DNA of 64,000 nt from Andalucia godoyi And28 (taxonomy: Eukaryota > Protista > Jakobida). Positions 53,743 to 63,415 of this stretch are shown in pieces. Below the pieces are notes generated by a model. The model saw only the letters and a program-made list of their open reading frames with translations, was not told the DNA's origin and made no database searches. The DNA is taken from assembly GCA_009859145.1 (NCBI GenBank), contig VRVR01000006.1, forward strand, positions 119,335 to 183,334, in the 5' to 3' direction. Position 1 is the first letter of the stretch. The number at the start of each line of letters is the position of its first letter. The position numbers and the translations under genes are program-made.

Positions 53743-54414
53743 TCAGAGTCGCGAGCCCACTCGAGCAGAGACGGTCTGAAGCTTGCTCTGTACCTTATTT
53801 GCAGGCGAACCCAAAATCAAGTCGACAATTGCATTTCGCGCGAGTCGGATGTTCTGGAAGCTCCCGAGAATGTGGATGTGAGTATCCGCGAGCACGATTC
53901 TCGTTCTTGTAGCATTCTCAATTGCAAACTTTGTTTTTCCGTCTCTTCCTGCAATTCGTCCGATGGCTCTACTAAGATGGTCCCCGTGAAGCGACTTCAC
54001 ATCCTTGATTTCAAACGAGTCGAGATACAGGTCCTCCATTCTGAGCAGCGCAATCGCGTCTGCAGCATCGAACCCAAGCATGAACGCACGGACGAAATCC
54101 GTGGCCTTTTGCACAGCTCCAGAGTCCGTTGTCTCAGGAGTCGACTTGATCTCGACACACTTTCGGTTTGTGTTCATCCGCACCATAAGCTTCAGATGGT
54201 CCACAAGCGGCTCCACAATCATGGCCCAGCTTTTCTTCAACGGAGTAAGCCGATTTGGAGGAACATCAATTTTGCGGTACTGCGGTGCTTTTGGATCCAG
54301 CTTGGAAACATCCGCTGCCGTCAGCTCTGGAAACGACGGCACCATCACCACATCCGAGGACGATTCCGAGGACGAAGACGCAATCGGTACAGCAGAAGAC
54401 CCAGATCCAGACAT
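53743..54414 (-). CDS. PNO1: Pre-40S KH-domain factor PNO1/DIM2
   Basis: RKIDVPPNRLTPLKKSW..I..PLV.HLKL.VRMN, GDHLSRAIGRIAGRDGKTKFAIENATRTRIVLAD. Confidence 0.97.
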   Translation of the reverse strand: MSGSGSSAVPIASSSSESSSDVVMVPSFPELTAADVSKLDPKAPQYRKIDVPPNRLTPLKKSWAMIVEPLVDHLKLMVRMNTNRKCVEIKSTPETTDSGAVQKATDFVRAFMLGFDAADAIALLRMEDLYLDSFEIKDVKSLHGDHLSRAIGRIAGRDGKTKFAIENATRTRIVLADTHIHILGSFQNIRLARNAIVDLILGSPANKVQSKLQTVSARVGSRL

Positions 54415-54561
54415 TTTTGCTTGTTCTTACGAATGCTGGTGCTGTTGTTGCTGCTGGAATCGCTACTATAGGATAAGAGCACACAGCACGTTCTAAAAAA
54501 CGATCGAGAGAACGAGCGATAGTGGGTGAGAGAGACAATGTAAGCGAGTGAGAGTGAGACG

Positions 54562-54562
<1 letters not shown>

Positions 54563-54601
<39 letters not shown>
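54563..54601. repeat. (AC)n microsatellite
   Basis: Direct reading. Confidence 0.9.
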
Positions 54602-54605
<4 letters not shown>

Positions 54606-54884
54606 ATAAACAGATTGAAAGGATAAAAGCAAACGAAAACAAACGCGAAATCTCCGAAAAGTCCAAATTCCAAAGCGAAAAGGCCTCATTTGAGTTTGCT
54701 TCCATTCTTTCTTCTGTTTCAGAATCGCGACTGTAAATTTTAAAAAAGGACCGTACTGTTTCTCGATGAAATGGCTTTCTTTGCACCTGGAAGCTGGATT
54801 GACGGGATCATAGCACTGTCAAGTGTCGACTTGGGGGGGTTTCTTGGAAGGCTCAGGCGGACACAAAGAGAGCGCGAGAGAGGA

Positions 54885-57431
54885 ATGTTTGGGTCATTGC
54901 TGAAGAATTTTGAAGGACTTCTTGACCAGGTTGATGAAACTGCCGATCAGACATTCAATGCAAGTGCCGAGGGGGGTGGGGATGCTGTGGGGAATTCATT
55001 AATGGCGGATGATAACCGGTCATCGAACCGGCTGCTTCAATTTGCGGATTCCATTTCCAAGGAGCTCATGAGTGTTGCAAAGGCTGCGACTGCAAGCGCG
55101 GCGCATCCGCAGTCTGGAACGCGCCGTGATGACGTCCGTGCTGCTGACAGTAATGGCGAACATGGACATGGTGACGGTGGCGGTGACGGTGGCGGACAGC
55201 AGGACCACCAATACGATAATGAAGCACCGAGCAATTCGGAGAGTTCGATTCATTATGTAGAGGATGCAGACGGTGATGGATGGGCGCTGGACACGCTCGA
55301 GTCTGCTGATGATAGTCATCACAATCAGGACACTCAGCAATCGAGTGGCAATGAGCAGGATGCCGACGAGAGATCGCTTTCTGTTTCGCAGCTGAATGAT
55401 GAAGATGAAGTAGACCAGGAGTCTGGTGTTGCACCGAGCAGTTATACTATCGCCAATTCCCGTTCCATCAGCAGCCAAGGAGCTGATGGAACTGCTGTTG
55501 AAAAACACGGACGTTTATTGCAGCCTGGCGAAACAGGGCGCAGTCAAAGTGAAGATGAGATTCCTGCTGCTGTGCAAATGGAAACAGGCGCAGGAGGGGG
55601 AGAGGAAATCGAAAAGGAAAAGGAAAACGCAGAATTGGTTCGGCGATTGCAAGCCGAATTGCGTGCTGCCCGCAGCGAACTCAGCCAATCCAGTACTCGA
55701 GCGTCATCTCTGCAAGCAAAGATTGGCAAGCTGCAGGGAGTACTGCGGACTCGCGAATCAGTAATTGCCCAGATGCACACTCGGCAGCAGGAACTGGAAT
55801 CCAAGTTTGCCGGAGTAGGAGAGACTGTTCAAGCAATGCAGCAGTTGTATGACGAGAAGGAGCAGCGGTTGACTCAGCAAGTTGAGAATCTGTTGCTGCA
55901 AATTGAGTCGATGAAGGTTGAATTTGTGTCAAATGACCACCTTGCAGAAATGGAATCGCGGCTGGAGCGTGAGCGCCTGGAGCGCGAAACAGCATCAAAG
56001 CAATGGGAGGCCTCGGCTGCAAAATGGCAGCTGGAGCGTGCTGACTTGCAATCCACGACGGCCGTGCTGCAGCAAAACATGGATATGCTTGCCGAAGACC
56101 GCCGAAGACTTGCATCGGAGCTTTTGCAAGCCAAAGATCTCGCAGAAAAAACCCGGACGGAATTTGCGGAGTACAAGTCCAAAGCGCATCAGCTCCTACA
56201 AAAGAAGGATGCGTCAATTCGCAAATTAGAGGAATCGATAGCCTCGACTTCTTTCACGTCTCTGAATTCCCCTGGTTCGCCTTCTCCCTCGCCTTCCCCT
56301 TCCCCTTTCACTGCTGCTGCTTCTTCATCTTCTTCCCCGCTAGCACCAACAGCAGCAGGCGGTACAACAGGAGTCGTCCTGGTCAATTCTCATTCTGGAA
56401 CGCAGGCCATGGTGAAAAGCATGTCCGAGGTTAGTGTATTGCAGGACCGCATTCGGGACCGTGACGTGCAAATCTCTGCGCTTCAGTCCGAGCTTCAGGA
56501 ACTGACTCGGCGGTCTGCCCAGTCTGAGGATCGGCTACTTGCCGACATTCAGTTTGAGCGCGAGAACAGTGCGCAAGCGGAACGCGATCTCGCCGATTCC
56601 CGTCGCGACTGCGACGCTCTTCATGCTGAACTCATCTCTGTGCACCGGCAACTTGACCGTTCGCGCGAGGAAATGGCCGAAGTTCGATCCGAGCTCAACA
56701 AACTTCTCGTTTCTCGCCAGTCGTTGTCTTCTTCTGCCCCATCCTCCTCGGCCTCTTCGTCAAGGCTTGCTGGGACGGATGAAGACGATGTACCGGTGAT
56801 GCAGGTGCTTCGTGACGAACTGGTCAACCGCCAGCGGCAGCTCGAGCAAGTGCTAACAGATCGCGCTGCCTTGCAGCTGACCGTTGACGATCTTACAGGT
56901 AAGTTGCAGCAAGCATCCGACAAGCTCTCTCGGTTCTCCAAGCAACAATCAGCACAACACCAGGGATCTTACCAGGGGGTCTCCAATCTGCAGCCCACAA
57001 TTGGTCCATCGTCGACTGTTCGAATTGTGTCGGATCGAGAGACCGTTGCTTCTCCGTCCTCTTCATCATCATCGGCGTCGTCATCGGTGTCGTCGTCGAT
57101 GCTCGTCCATGATGTCGAGAGCGGAAGCATGCGACATCGGGCCACTGCAGCTTCTGCGGTCGGTGGACACAGCGGTCAGTCTCGGTTTTTCGAGAAACTT
57201 TCAAAGAAGGGTGTAGTGGGCCGCAAGGCAGTGCAGGTTGCTGAGCGCATCGACTCGGTGTCGTTGACTGCCGCCCGCACGCTCTCGCAATATCCGCTTG
57301 CTCGAGTCGCCATCGTTGTCTACGTTGTCCTTCTTCATCTATGGGTCTGGTCGGTTCTGTTCATGCGATCCCACGAAATCCCCATCCAGTCCAGATCTCT
57401 CCCCACGCCGCCTCCACCATCCGCCACATAG
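54885..57431 (+). CDS. Golgin-84 (GOLGA5)-like tail-anchored coiled-coil protein
   Basis: N-terminal LKNFEGLLDQVD, long coiled coil with EFAEYKSKA..LL..KD, and C-terminal ID.......LSQYPLARVAIVVYVVLLHLWVWSVL TM. Confidence 0.8.
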   Translation: MFGSLLKNFEGLLDQVDETADQTFNASAEGGGDAVGNSLMADDNRSSNRLLQFADSISKELMSVAKAATASAAHPQSGTRRDDVRAADSNGEHGHGDGGGDGGGQQDHQYDNEAPSNSESSIHYVEDADGDGWALDTLESADDSHHNQDTQQSSGNEQDADERSLSVSQLNDEDEVDQESGVAPSSYTIANSRSISSQGADGTAVEKHGRLLQPGETGRSQSEDEIPAAVQMETGAGGGEEIEKEKENAELVRRLQAELRAARSELSQSSTRASSLQAKIGKLQGVLRTRESVIAQMHTRQQELESKFAGVGETVQAMQQLYDEKEQRLTQQVENLLLQIESMKVEFVSNDHLAEMESRLERERLERETASKQWEASAAKWQLERADLQSTTAVLQQNMDMLAEDRRRLASELLQAKDLAEKTRTEFAEYKSKAHQLLQKKDASIRKLEESIASTSFTSLNSPGSPSPSPSPSPFTAAASSSSSPLAPTAAGGTTGVVLVNSHSGTQAMVKSMSEVSVLQDRIRDRDVQISALQSELQELTRRSAQSEDRLLADIQFERENSAQAERDLADSRRDCDALHAELISVHRQLDRSREEMAEVRSELNKLLVSRQSLSSSAPSSSASSSRLAGTDEDDVPVMQVLRDELVNRQRQLEQVLTDRAALQLTVDDLTGKLQQASDKLSRFSKQQSAQHQGSYQGVSNLQPTIGPSSTVRIVSDRETVASPSSSSSSASSSVSSSMLVHDVESGSMRHRATAASAVGGHSGQSRFFEKLSKKGVVGRKAVQVAERIDSVSLTAARTLSQYPLARVAIVVYVVLLHLWVWSVLFMRSHEIPIQSRSLPTPPPPSAT

Positions 57432-57876
57432 TTCTTCATTTCCCCCTTCTTTTCCTTTTCCTTTTCCTTTTTCTTTTCCTTTTCCTTTTCCTTTTCCTTT
57501 TCCTGCCTTGTCTATTCAAGACCCGCAGTCCTTATCCTTATCCTCGTCCGGTTTCCGTGTCCGTGTCCGTGGGTCCGTGTCGATGCGGCTCGTCGGATCC
57601 GAAAACGCTTCCGTACGACTGCTGTAGGCATTTTTCAAATTGGATGAAAAATCCCGGCGAAAATAAAATAGTAAACGGACGATCGGAACTCAGGATCTCT
57701 GTGCTGCTTCTTCGTTCTGCGCCACGCATTCAGAATTCTGACACGGAGCCACGACACCGCGCGCAACACCCAGCCAGCCTGTCTTGCTATTCGGAAACAG
57801 TAGATCGCCGACAAACCGCGGTCTCAAACTTTCGAATTTTCCAGAACATTGCAACGGCGGGGAAACAAAAAGTATC

Positions 57877-58743
57877 ATGATTCCTAAACCAAAGCCAAAG
57901 CCGCTTCAGTCGTCTTCTTTTTTGCTTCCACCTTCTGCTTCTTCGGCTGCATCGTCTTCTTCGGCTTCGCATGCTGCACCAATCTCGTCGTCATCGTCGA
58001 CAACTTCCTCGGTGTCGACGCATCGCACTTTTCCACCACCCTCACAGCCGCAGTTACAACCGCGGATGCTTCCTGTGACTAGTGGATCATCGTTCGATGG
58101 AACGAATGTGCTTGGAGCGCTGCTGCAGTCTTCGTGGACGCGAAACGATCTGTACGAGATTTCGTCCATGGTCGTCGACATGCTCTCAGTAGCCCAGTCC
58201 CAATCTCAGTCGCAGTTGCAGTGGGCGGGTGAAATGGGCGGGGTGTGCATGCGCCTTGTGGGGCGGCTGGTGGAATGGTCGCGCGAGGTCGAGGGCTGCC
58301 TGGCGCGTGCTGTCGAGGCCAATGCGGTGCAAGATGCAGAAGTCAAGCGACTCTTGCGACTAGTGGAGCTTCTTGAAGAACGTCGTATGGCGCTCGAAGC
58401 TCGTGTCGTTGTTCTGACCAGTGTCGCGCAATCCTCTTCATCTCCAGCTGCCGCAGCATCTTCTTCTTGCTGTTCTTCTTCTAGTCCTGCTGATGGCCTT
58501 CGAAAGTTCGAATTGCGAAAGAAATTTGGGAGTGTCGAAGAGGCTGTTGACTGCGTGCTGAGGATGCAGGGCTCTGCATCCAGAATTCAGAGGGTTTGGA
58601 GAGGCGGAGTGGCGCGAAAGAGATTCCGTGATATGTGTATTCAGGTCCTTCAATCTCACTCCCACTCCCACTCCCACTCCCATTCTCCATCGTCTACATC
58701 CCTGTCATCCAATCGCAAGCAAAGCCGAAAAAGGAAAGAATAG
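57877..58743 (+). CDS. Hypothetical coiled-coil protein with IQ motif
   Basis: ASRIQRVWRGGVARKRF (IQ), short coiled coil, Ser-rich ends. Confidence 0.7.
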   Translation: MIPKPKPKPLQSSSFLLPPSASSAASSSSASHAAPISSSSSTTSSVSTHRTFPPPSQPQLQPRMLPVTSGSSFDGTNVLGALLQSSWTRNDLYEISSMVVDMLSVAQSQSQSQLQWAGEMGGVCMRLVGRLVEWSREVEGCLARAVEANAVQDAEVKRLLRLVELLEERRMALEARVVVLTSVAQSSSSPAAAASSSCCSSSSPADGLRKFELRKKFGSVEEAVDCVLRMQGSASRIQRVWRGGVARKRFRDMCIQVLQSHSHSHSHSHSPSSTSLSSNRKQSRKRKE

Positions 58744-59196
58744 GATGTCTGAACTGTGAGTATCCTTTTCTTATCTTTTCTTTTCTTTTCTTTTCTTTCT
58801 TTATTTACTATAATGGTGATTATGAGTATTGTTTTTTGTGGAGACAAGTTATCGCCTTGTTTTGTGGGTATTTATCATTGGTATCGTTACTGTTACTGCT
58901 GCATCTTGTTTCCTGTATTCTTGGCAATCCTTTGCGTCGCTATGAATCCTACCAATCAATCGACAAAATGATATTGTAACAGTCGTAGGGGTAACTTTCC
59001 CGTATGTGTTTTTGGGGAAGACTCGAGAGGCATCATCACTTGATTCCACACTTACGTCCATTCCTTTTGTGCAGTGCAGAGGGCGATGATTGCAGAATGA
59101 CCAAATGTCGATTTTGTTTTGTTGTATATCCTAGTTTTTCGTCAGCTACGAGAGAGAGTGTGTGTGTGTGAGTGAGTGAGTGAGTAAGAAACGAAA

Positions 59197-59810
59197 ATGA
59201 AATTGGTGGGTTTTTTGAAAAAACTTGGAAAAGAAACTGTGACGATTGAGCTCAAGAATGGAAGTGTGGTGCAAGGAACAGTGGTTGCCGTCGACATGAC
59301 AATGAACACGCATTTGAAGCACGTTCGACTAACTCCTCGCTCTTCTTCTTCTTCTTCTTCTTCTTCTTCTTCTTCTTCTTCTTCTTCTTCCTCCACTACT
59401 ACTACAAATACCAAACCTTCAGGCAGCACCAGCAGCAGTGGTGGCGGTAGTCTTCATGCAGCGGCTGGAACAGTTTCATTGGACCAGATGACTGTGCGTG
59501 GAAACAACATTCGATATGTGATCTTGCCAGAATCACTTAATCTCGACCATATGCTCGTCGATGCTTCCGCTTCAGCATCCAAGAAACGTGCTCCCACGGA
59601 AGCGTCTTCACGCAGTACGTCATCTCCTTCATCTCTGTCGTTTTTTATTTTATTTTTTAAATCTCTTTTTATTGTTGCTGTTATTATCAGAATGGAAAAT
59701 CACTAATTGCTATGTTTGTCGTGTGTCTTTGTGTGCGTGTTGGTCGATTTATAGAGTCGAAATTTCCGAGAAGAGGTGGACGAGGAGGCCGTGGTGCCCC
59801 TCGAAGATGA
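59197..59810 (+). CDS. SNRPD1: snRNP core protein Sm D1 (intron 59615-59754)
   Basis: [24 protein letters not shown]...[24 protein letters not shown]. The spliced tail gives RRGGRGGRG. Confidence 0.93.
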
Positions 59811-59987
59811 AAAACACACGCGGCAGGGGAAGGGATGCAAAACATTATATGTTATGGTGTGCTTTTTCTTGCCTGTTTGGTTTCAATTTTCCATCTGCAG
59901 TAATCATTAAAATTTGAAAAGAAGAAGACATCGTAATGACACACATGGCGATGACAAATGGGCGGAACGGAAATGCAGTCCATTATC

Positions 59988-60161
59988 TTACACGAGCCGA
60001 CTGGTAATGATGGATGATGCTGGAGATGATTTGAAGACCACTGCAAGAAGCGAAGAGAGTCCGACGACGGAGAAGATCCCGCCGATTAGCAACCACTCCC
60101 AAACCACACGGTTTCCATCGACATTGACTACATTGCACCAAGTCGTGAGAAGAAGCGAATG

Positions 60162-60207
<46 letters not shown>

Positions 60208-60291
60208 CATACGAGATTGGCCGATGAGGAAGAGTAGACCGAGGTACAAGAAGAGATAAGCAGCGATTCGAAAGTATCCAATCGAAAACAT
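59988..60291 (-). CDS. Predicted 72-aa two-TM microprotein (exons 60213-60291, 59988-60127)
   Basis: The GTATGC...GTAG intron (60128-60212, containing a GA/CA repeat) joins two hydrophobic exons in phase: MFSIGYFRIAAYLFLYLGLLFLIGQSLNVDGNRVVWEWLLIGGIFSVVGLSSLLAVVFKSSPASSIITSRLV. Confidence 0.55.
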
Positions 60292-60827
60292 CTGTTTATT
60301 TTCTCCCCTCCGTCTATCTTTTTCCAGACTTTGTTTTCCTAGTCTTTATGTTTGCGCAAGGAACGCGTGAATTGTCCCGACTGGCCCCCCTCCTCGACTG
60401 CAGACTGCTCAGTATTCAGTGCCAGGTGTCAAGTGCCAAGTGTCGAAAGCGATTGGAGTTTTCTCGCCATTTCTCGTGTCAGTCGTCACGTGCCTCCTGC
60501 TTTTTGTTCTGGTCGTAGTATGCTGCCCTGCATGCTTGGGCTCCTCAAGGTCCAAGCAAAAGAGAGTAAACGAGTAGAATCAAGTGATGCATCATGCAGT
60601 GCATCTACAGTACGCGTGTTTCCGAGCAACTCTCATTCTCGCAGCAAAAGCGTGGCCCCTCTGTCTGTCTGCGTGTGTGCGTGTTTTCTCCAGTTTTTAA
60701 TTTATTAATTTGTCTTGTTTTTGCATTTGGTTTGTTTATTGCTTATTATTCATGATGCATTTTATGGAAAAGCCGAAAGAGAACATAGACTGAGAGACTG
60801 TAAGCGGGAGTGAGTGGTTTTGGGAAA

Positions 60828-62207
60828 ATGGAGACGACGATCAAGCGAGGAGACAAGGTTCCTCCGAATTTGCGACTTCCTGTAGCGGCGCTTCACCGGT
60901 CGAAAATGCGAGGTTGGCTTGAGAAAAAGTCTCCTTCTGTGCTCGGCGGATGGCAAAGGCGGCTGGTGTTGTTGCACGAGTCGATTCTGTTCTACTACAA
61001 GTCGTCAACAGACGCTACGCCTGCTGGGACTCTTGTTCTGTCGGGAGCGCGAGTCGTGCCTGCTGCAGATGACGAGGCCGACGATGCGCCGCTACTCTTC
61101 AGAATCGAGTATGAGTGGCGCTCGTTTCTCTGGAAGTGCGCATCCACGGAAGAAAGAGACATGTGGGTTAAGACACTTGCGACGGAAGTCTCGAGACGAG
61201 CAAAGGTCTTGCGAGTCGACCCCGTCGGACGAGAAAATCGCTCCGGTTCCGAAACGGGCATCTCTCCAAGCTCAATTGCTTCTCCCACCGCCGCCTCCGC
61301 CACCGCCACTACTTCTTCTACTGCTGTCACTGCCACGGATGCCGCAGCCACGACGAACACGCAGGGCAGTGCAAATGGGCATACTGGCGATTCCCATTCT
61401 TCTGGTGGAAAGGAAAAGAGTGGATCGGTAACGCAAATCTCAAATACAATTATCCGGGAAGATATCATGCGTGAAGAAAATTATGAAGATGAAGAAGAAC
61501 TCGCACGGGTACAGCAAGAAAAGGAAGCTGCTGCTGCAAGAGAACGTGAACGAATTGCGGCAGACCAGCGTCGCAAAGAGCAGCTAGCGGAAGAACGTCG
61601 GATTCGTGAGGAGGAGGAGGAAAGGCAGCGCACATTGGCGCTCATCCAGCTTCGGAAAGAGGAGCGTGAAAATGAGCGTAAGGAGAGCATGCAGCGGGCG
61701 GCTCGCATGGGGATTGAATCCATGTGTGAAGGCGGACAGATGGTCAAGTTTGTCTCGTCGGGAGGCAAGCCGCATGAGCGATTTTTCCAATTAGCGTCTC
61801 CTGATCATGACGTTATTTCGTGGGGAGCGAAAAAGGGAAAGAAGAACGCAACGTCCAATGTGAATCTCGCGGATGTTCTGTGGGTTGTGTATGGCCCAAG
61901 AACAAGGGTGTTCAAGGAACAGGCTGCTAGAATTGTCGATCCCGCTGCTTGCTTCTCCATCGTGCTCAAAGATAGGTCCATCGATCTGCAAGCATGGACC
62001 AGAGAACAGGCCGAGTTCTGGTACCTCGGGCTGCAGCAGTTGCTGGAAGACAAGATGCGTGCGCGCGGACGACCGGTCTATTCGCGCGGACAACTCGTTT
62101 TCAAGCGAGTCGTCGATAGGATGAGGGCCGAGGCAAGCTCAAAGGGTATTGGTATTGGCACGCTTGTCGCAGGTGCTATTCGAAGAGCTTCCAAACAATC
62201 CTCCTGA
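60828..62207 (+). CDS. Double PH-domain coiled-coil protein
   Basis: PH1 MRGWLEKK....GGWQRRLVLL...ILFYYK...ERDMWVKTL, a charged coiled coil, and a PLC-like PH2 GGQMVK...KPHERFF...CFSIV..DRSIDLQA...AEFWYLGL. Confidence 0.85.
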   Translation: METTIKRGDKVPPNLRLPVAALHRSKMRGWLEKKSPSVLGGWQRRLVLLHESILFYYKSSTDATPAGTLVLSGARVVPAADDEADDAPLLFRIEYEWRSFLWKCASTEERDMWVKTLATEVSRRAKVLRVDPVGRENRSGSETGISPSSIASPTAASATATTSSTAVTATDAAATTNTQGSANGHTGDSHSSGGKEKSGSVTQISNTIIREDIMREENYEDEEELARVQQEKEAAAARERERIAADQRRKEQLAEERRIREEEEERQRTLALIQLRKEERENERKESMQRAARMGIESMCEGGQMVKFVSSGGKPHERFFQLASPDHDVISWGAKKGKKNATSNVNLADVLWVVYGPRTRVFKEQAARIVDPAACFSIVLKDRSIDLQAWTREQAEFWYLGLQQLLEDKMRARGRPVYSRGQLVFKRVVDRMRAEASSKGIGIGTLVAGAIRRASKQSS

Positions 62208-62725
62208 GATGACTGCTCTTCTGTCTCGTGTTTTTGGTTTTTCTTTGTGGAATTTTTGTTTCCTCCTTTTCCCGAATCGTCGAGATGTGTGCTGCGTGAG
62301 CAACATTGAACACACACCGACTCACACATTTTATTGTAGTTTTTTTCAGTTTGACGACAGGATGTACACATTGTATAACAAGATGGGGGGCTTTGCACGT
62401 GTTTTCTTCTTCTTTCGATTGGTATTGTTGTTGTTATTACTATTTACTACCCTCCAAACCAAACGTTTGGTGGACGGCTGTGAACATCATCGGATAGTAT
62501 GGCTGAAAGATGCGCAGGTCGAGGCCCAATGAGAGACACTGTCGAATATTCACAACCGATTCCTTGTAATTGATGATGGGCGCTGATGCGGATTGTAAAA
62601 GTCACTTTTTACGCCACAAAGTCTGTCTGAGGCGCAGCATGCGAGCCAAGTGCGTGGAGAGGTTTGGGTTGGAGGGTAGTACTTTGTCATTTGATTCATA
62701 CGTCCTATCCATCATTGGATTGTGG

Positions 62726-62980
62726 TCAAGAACAAAGATCCTGGTCTTCTTGAAGCACGATCCACACGTGATCATCGTCTTTCAGAGAGTCTGATACGCG
62801 AGCATCCATATCGAACTCGGCGCCAGTTTCAGAAACCACGGCAAGAGGACGGCCGAGGGTAACACCAAACGACGAATCCACCCGACATAGAGCAGCGCTT
62901 CCAATCCAGCGGATTGGCTGTCGGCCGTCGGCACACTGCAGCGTGTGAATCTGCCCGCGAATGTGCACATACAGTTTCAT
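62726..62980 (-). CDS. Small Par3/HAL N-terminal-like (ubiquitin-like) domain protein
   Basis: MKLYVHIRG...L.C.DG.Q.IRWIG..AL.R ... L.D.D.VW.VL pattern. Confidence 0.5.
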   Translation of the reverse strand: MKLYVHIRGQIHTLQCADGRQPIRWIGSAALCRVDSSFGVTLGRPLAVVSETGAEFDMDARVSDSLKDDDHVWIVLQEDQDLCS

Positions 62981-63200
62981 GATTGGTCAGTAGAGCGAGA
63001 ACCACGAACGCACAAACAAAGTCCTGGATTGCAGACGAGCATCCAAGCCCGACATCTTTGAAAACAGGAGCCTAAAAGGGCCCACCCAATCTGCTCCAAA
63101 TTTCCAAACGGAGCTTTTCCTTGTGGCGTACAAGCAGGAGAATCATGCACAACAGCCAGAATGCATTGCTCCTGGAAGACTGCACATATACATAAAACGA

Positions 63201-63345
63201 ACGCCTACAATGTACACTAGCCACGGATAATCATCGCTGATCACTCATAATCAATGCTGCGACCCAACAAAATGCACAGCATGATTGGGAAGGAGGTAGG
63301 CCTCAACACGCCCCTCGGCATGCGAGACGTTCCTAAGATAGATGT
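63201..63345 (-). ncRNA. Predicted omegaRNA scaffold (subfamily B)
   Basis: GAGG-CCUA-CCUC hairpin (A-U pair where 504-650 has G-C), a GCGA-capped stem, and a 3' GUAGGC. Confidence 0.65.
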
Positions 63346-63415
63346 AGATGCTGCGCGTTTGTTCGATCCTGCCACGATCCAAGCCAACTTGGCGAAACTT
63401 AAGATTGTTACCTAG
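63201..63415 (-). mobile_element. Right end of a Fanzor2/TnpB element, subfamily B, with degenerate zinc finger/RuvC-III
   Basis: ACGCCTACA terminus at 63201 and near identity to 504-650. Minus frame SLGNNLKF...GL.....IYLRN is a decayed LG..K.F.C..CG...DRD.N.ARNIYL. Confidence 0.8.

Noticed and set aside
57622-57632. TGTAGGC motif resembling the element right end
   Set aside because: Not followed by GT and no upstream hairpin or IYL remnant; likely chance.
62570-62632. Possible box C/D snoRNA (TGATGA ... CTGA ... CTGA)
   Set aside because: No convincing terminal stem, and I could not identify an rRNA-complementary guide; needs snoscan/Infernal.
504-63345. CRISPR-like interpretation of the repeated conserved segments
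   Set aside because: Copies are dispersed kilobases apart and embedded in TnpB remnants; they are not a repeat-spacer array, and no cas genes are present.
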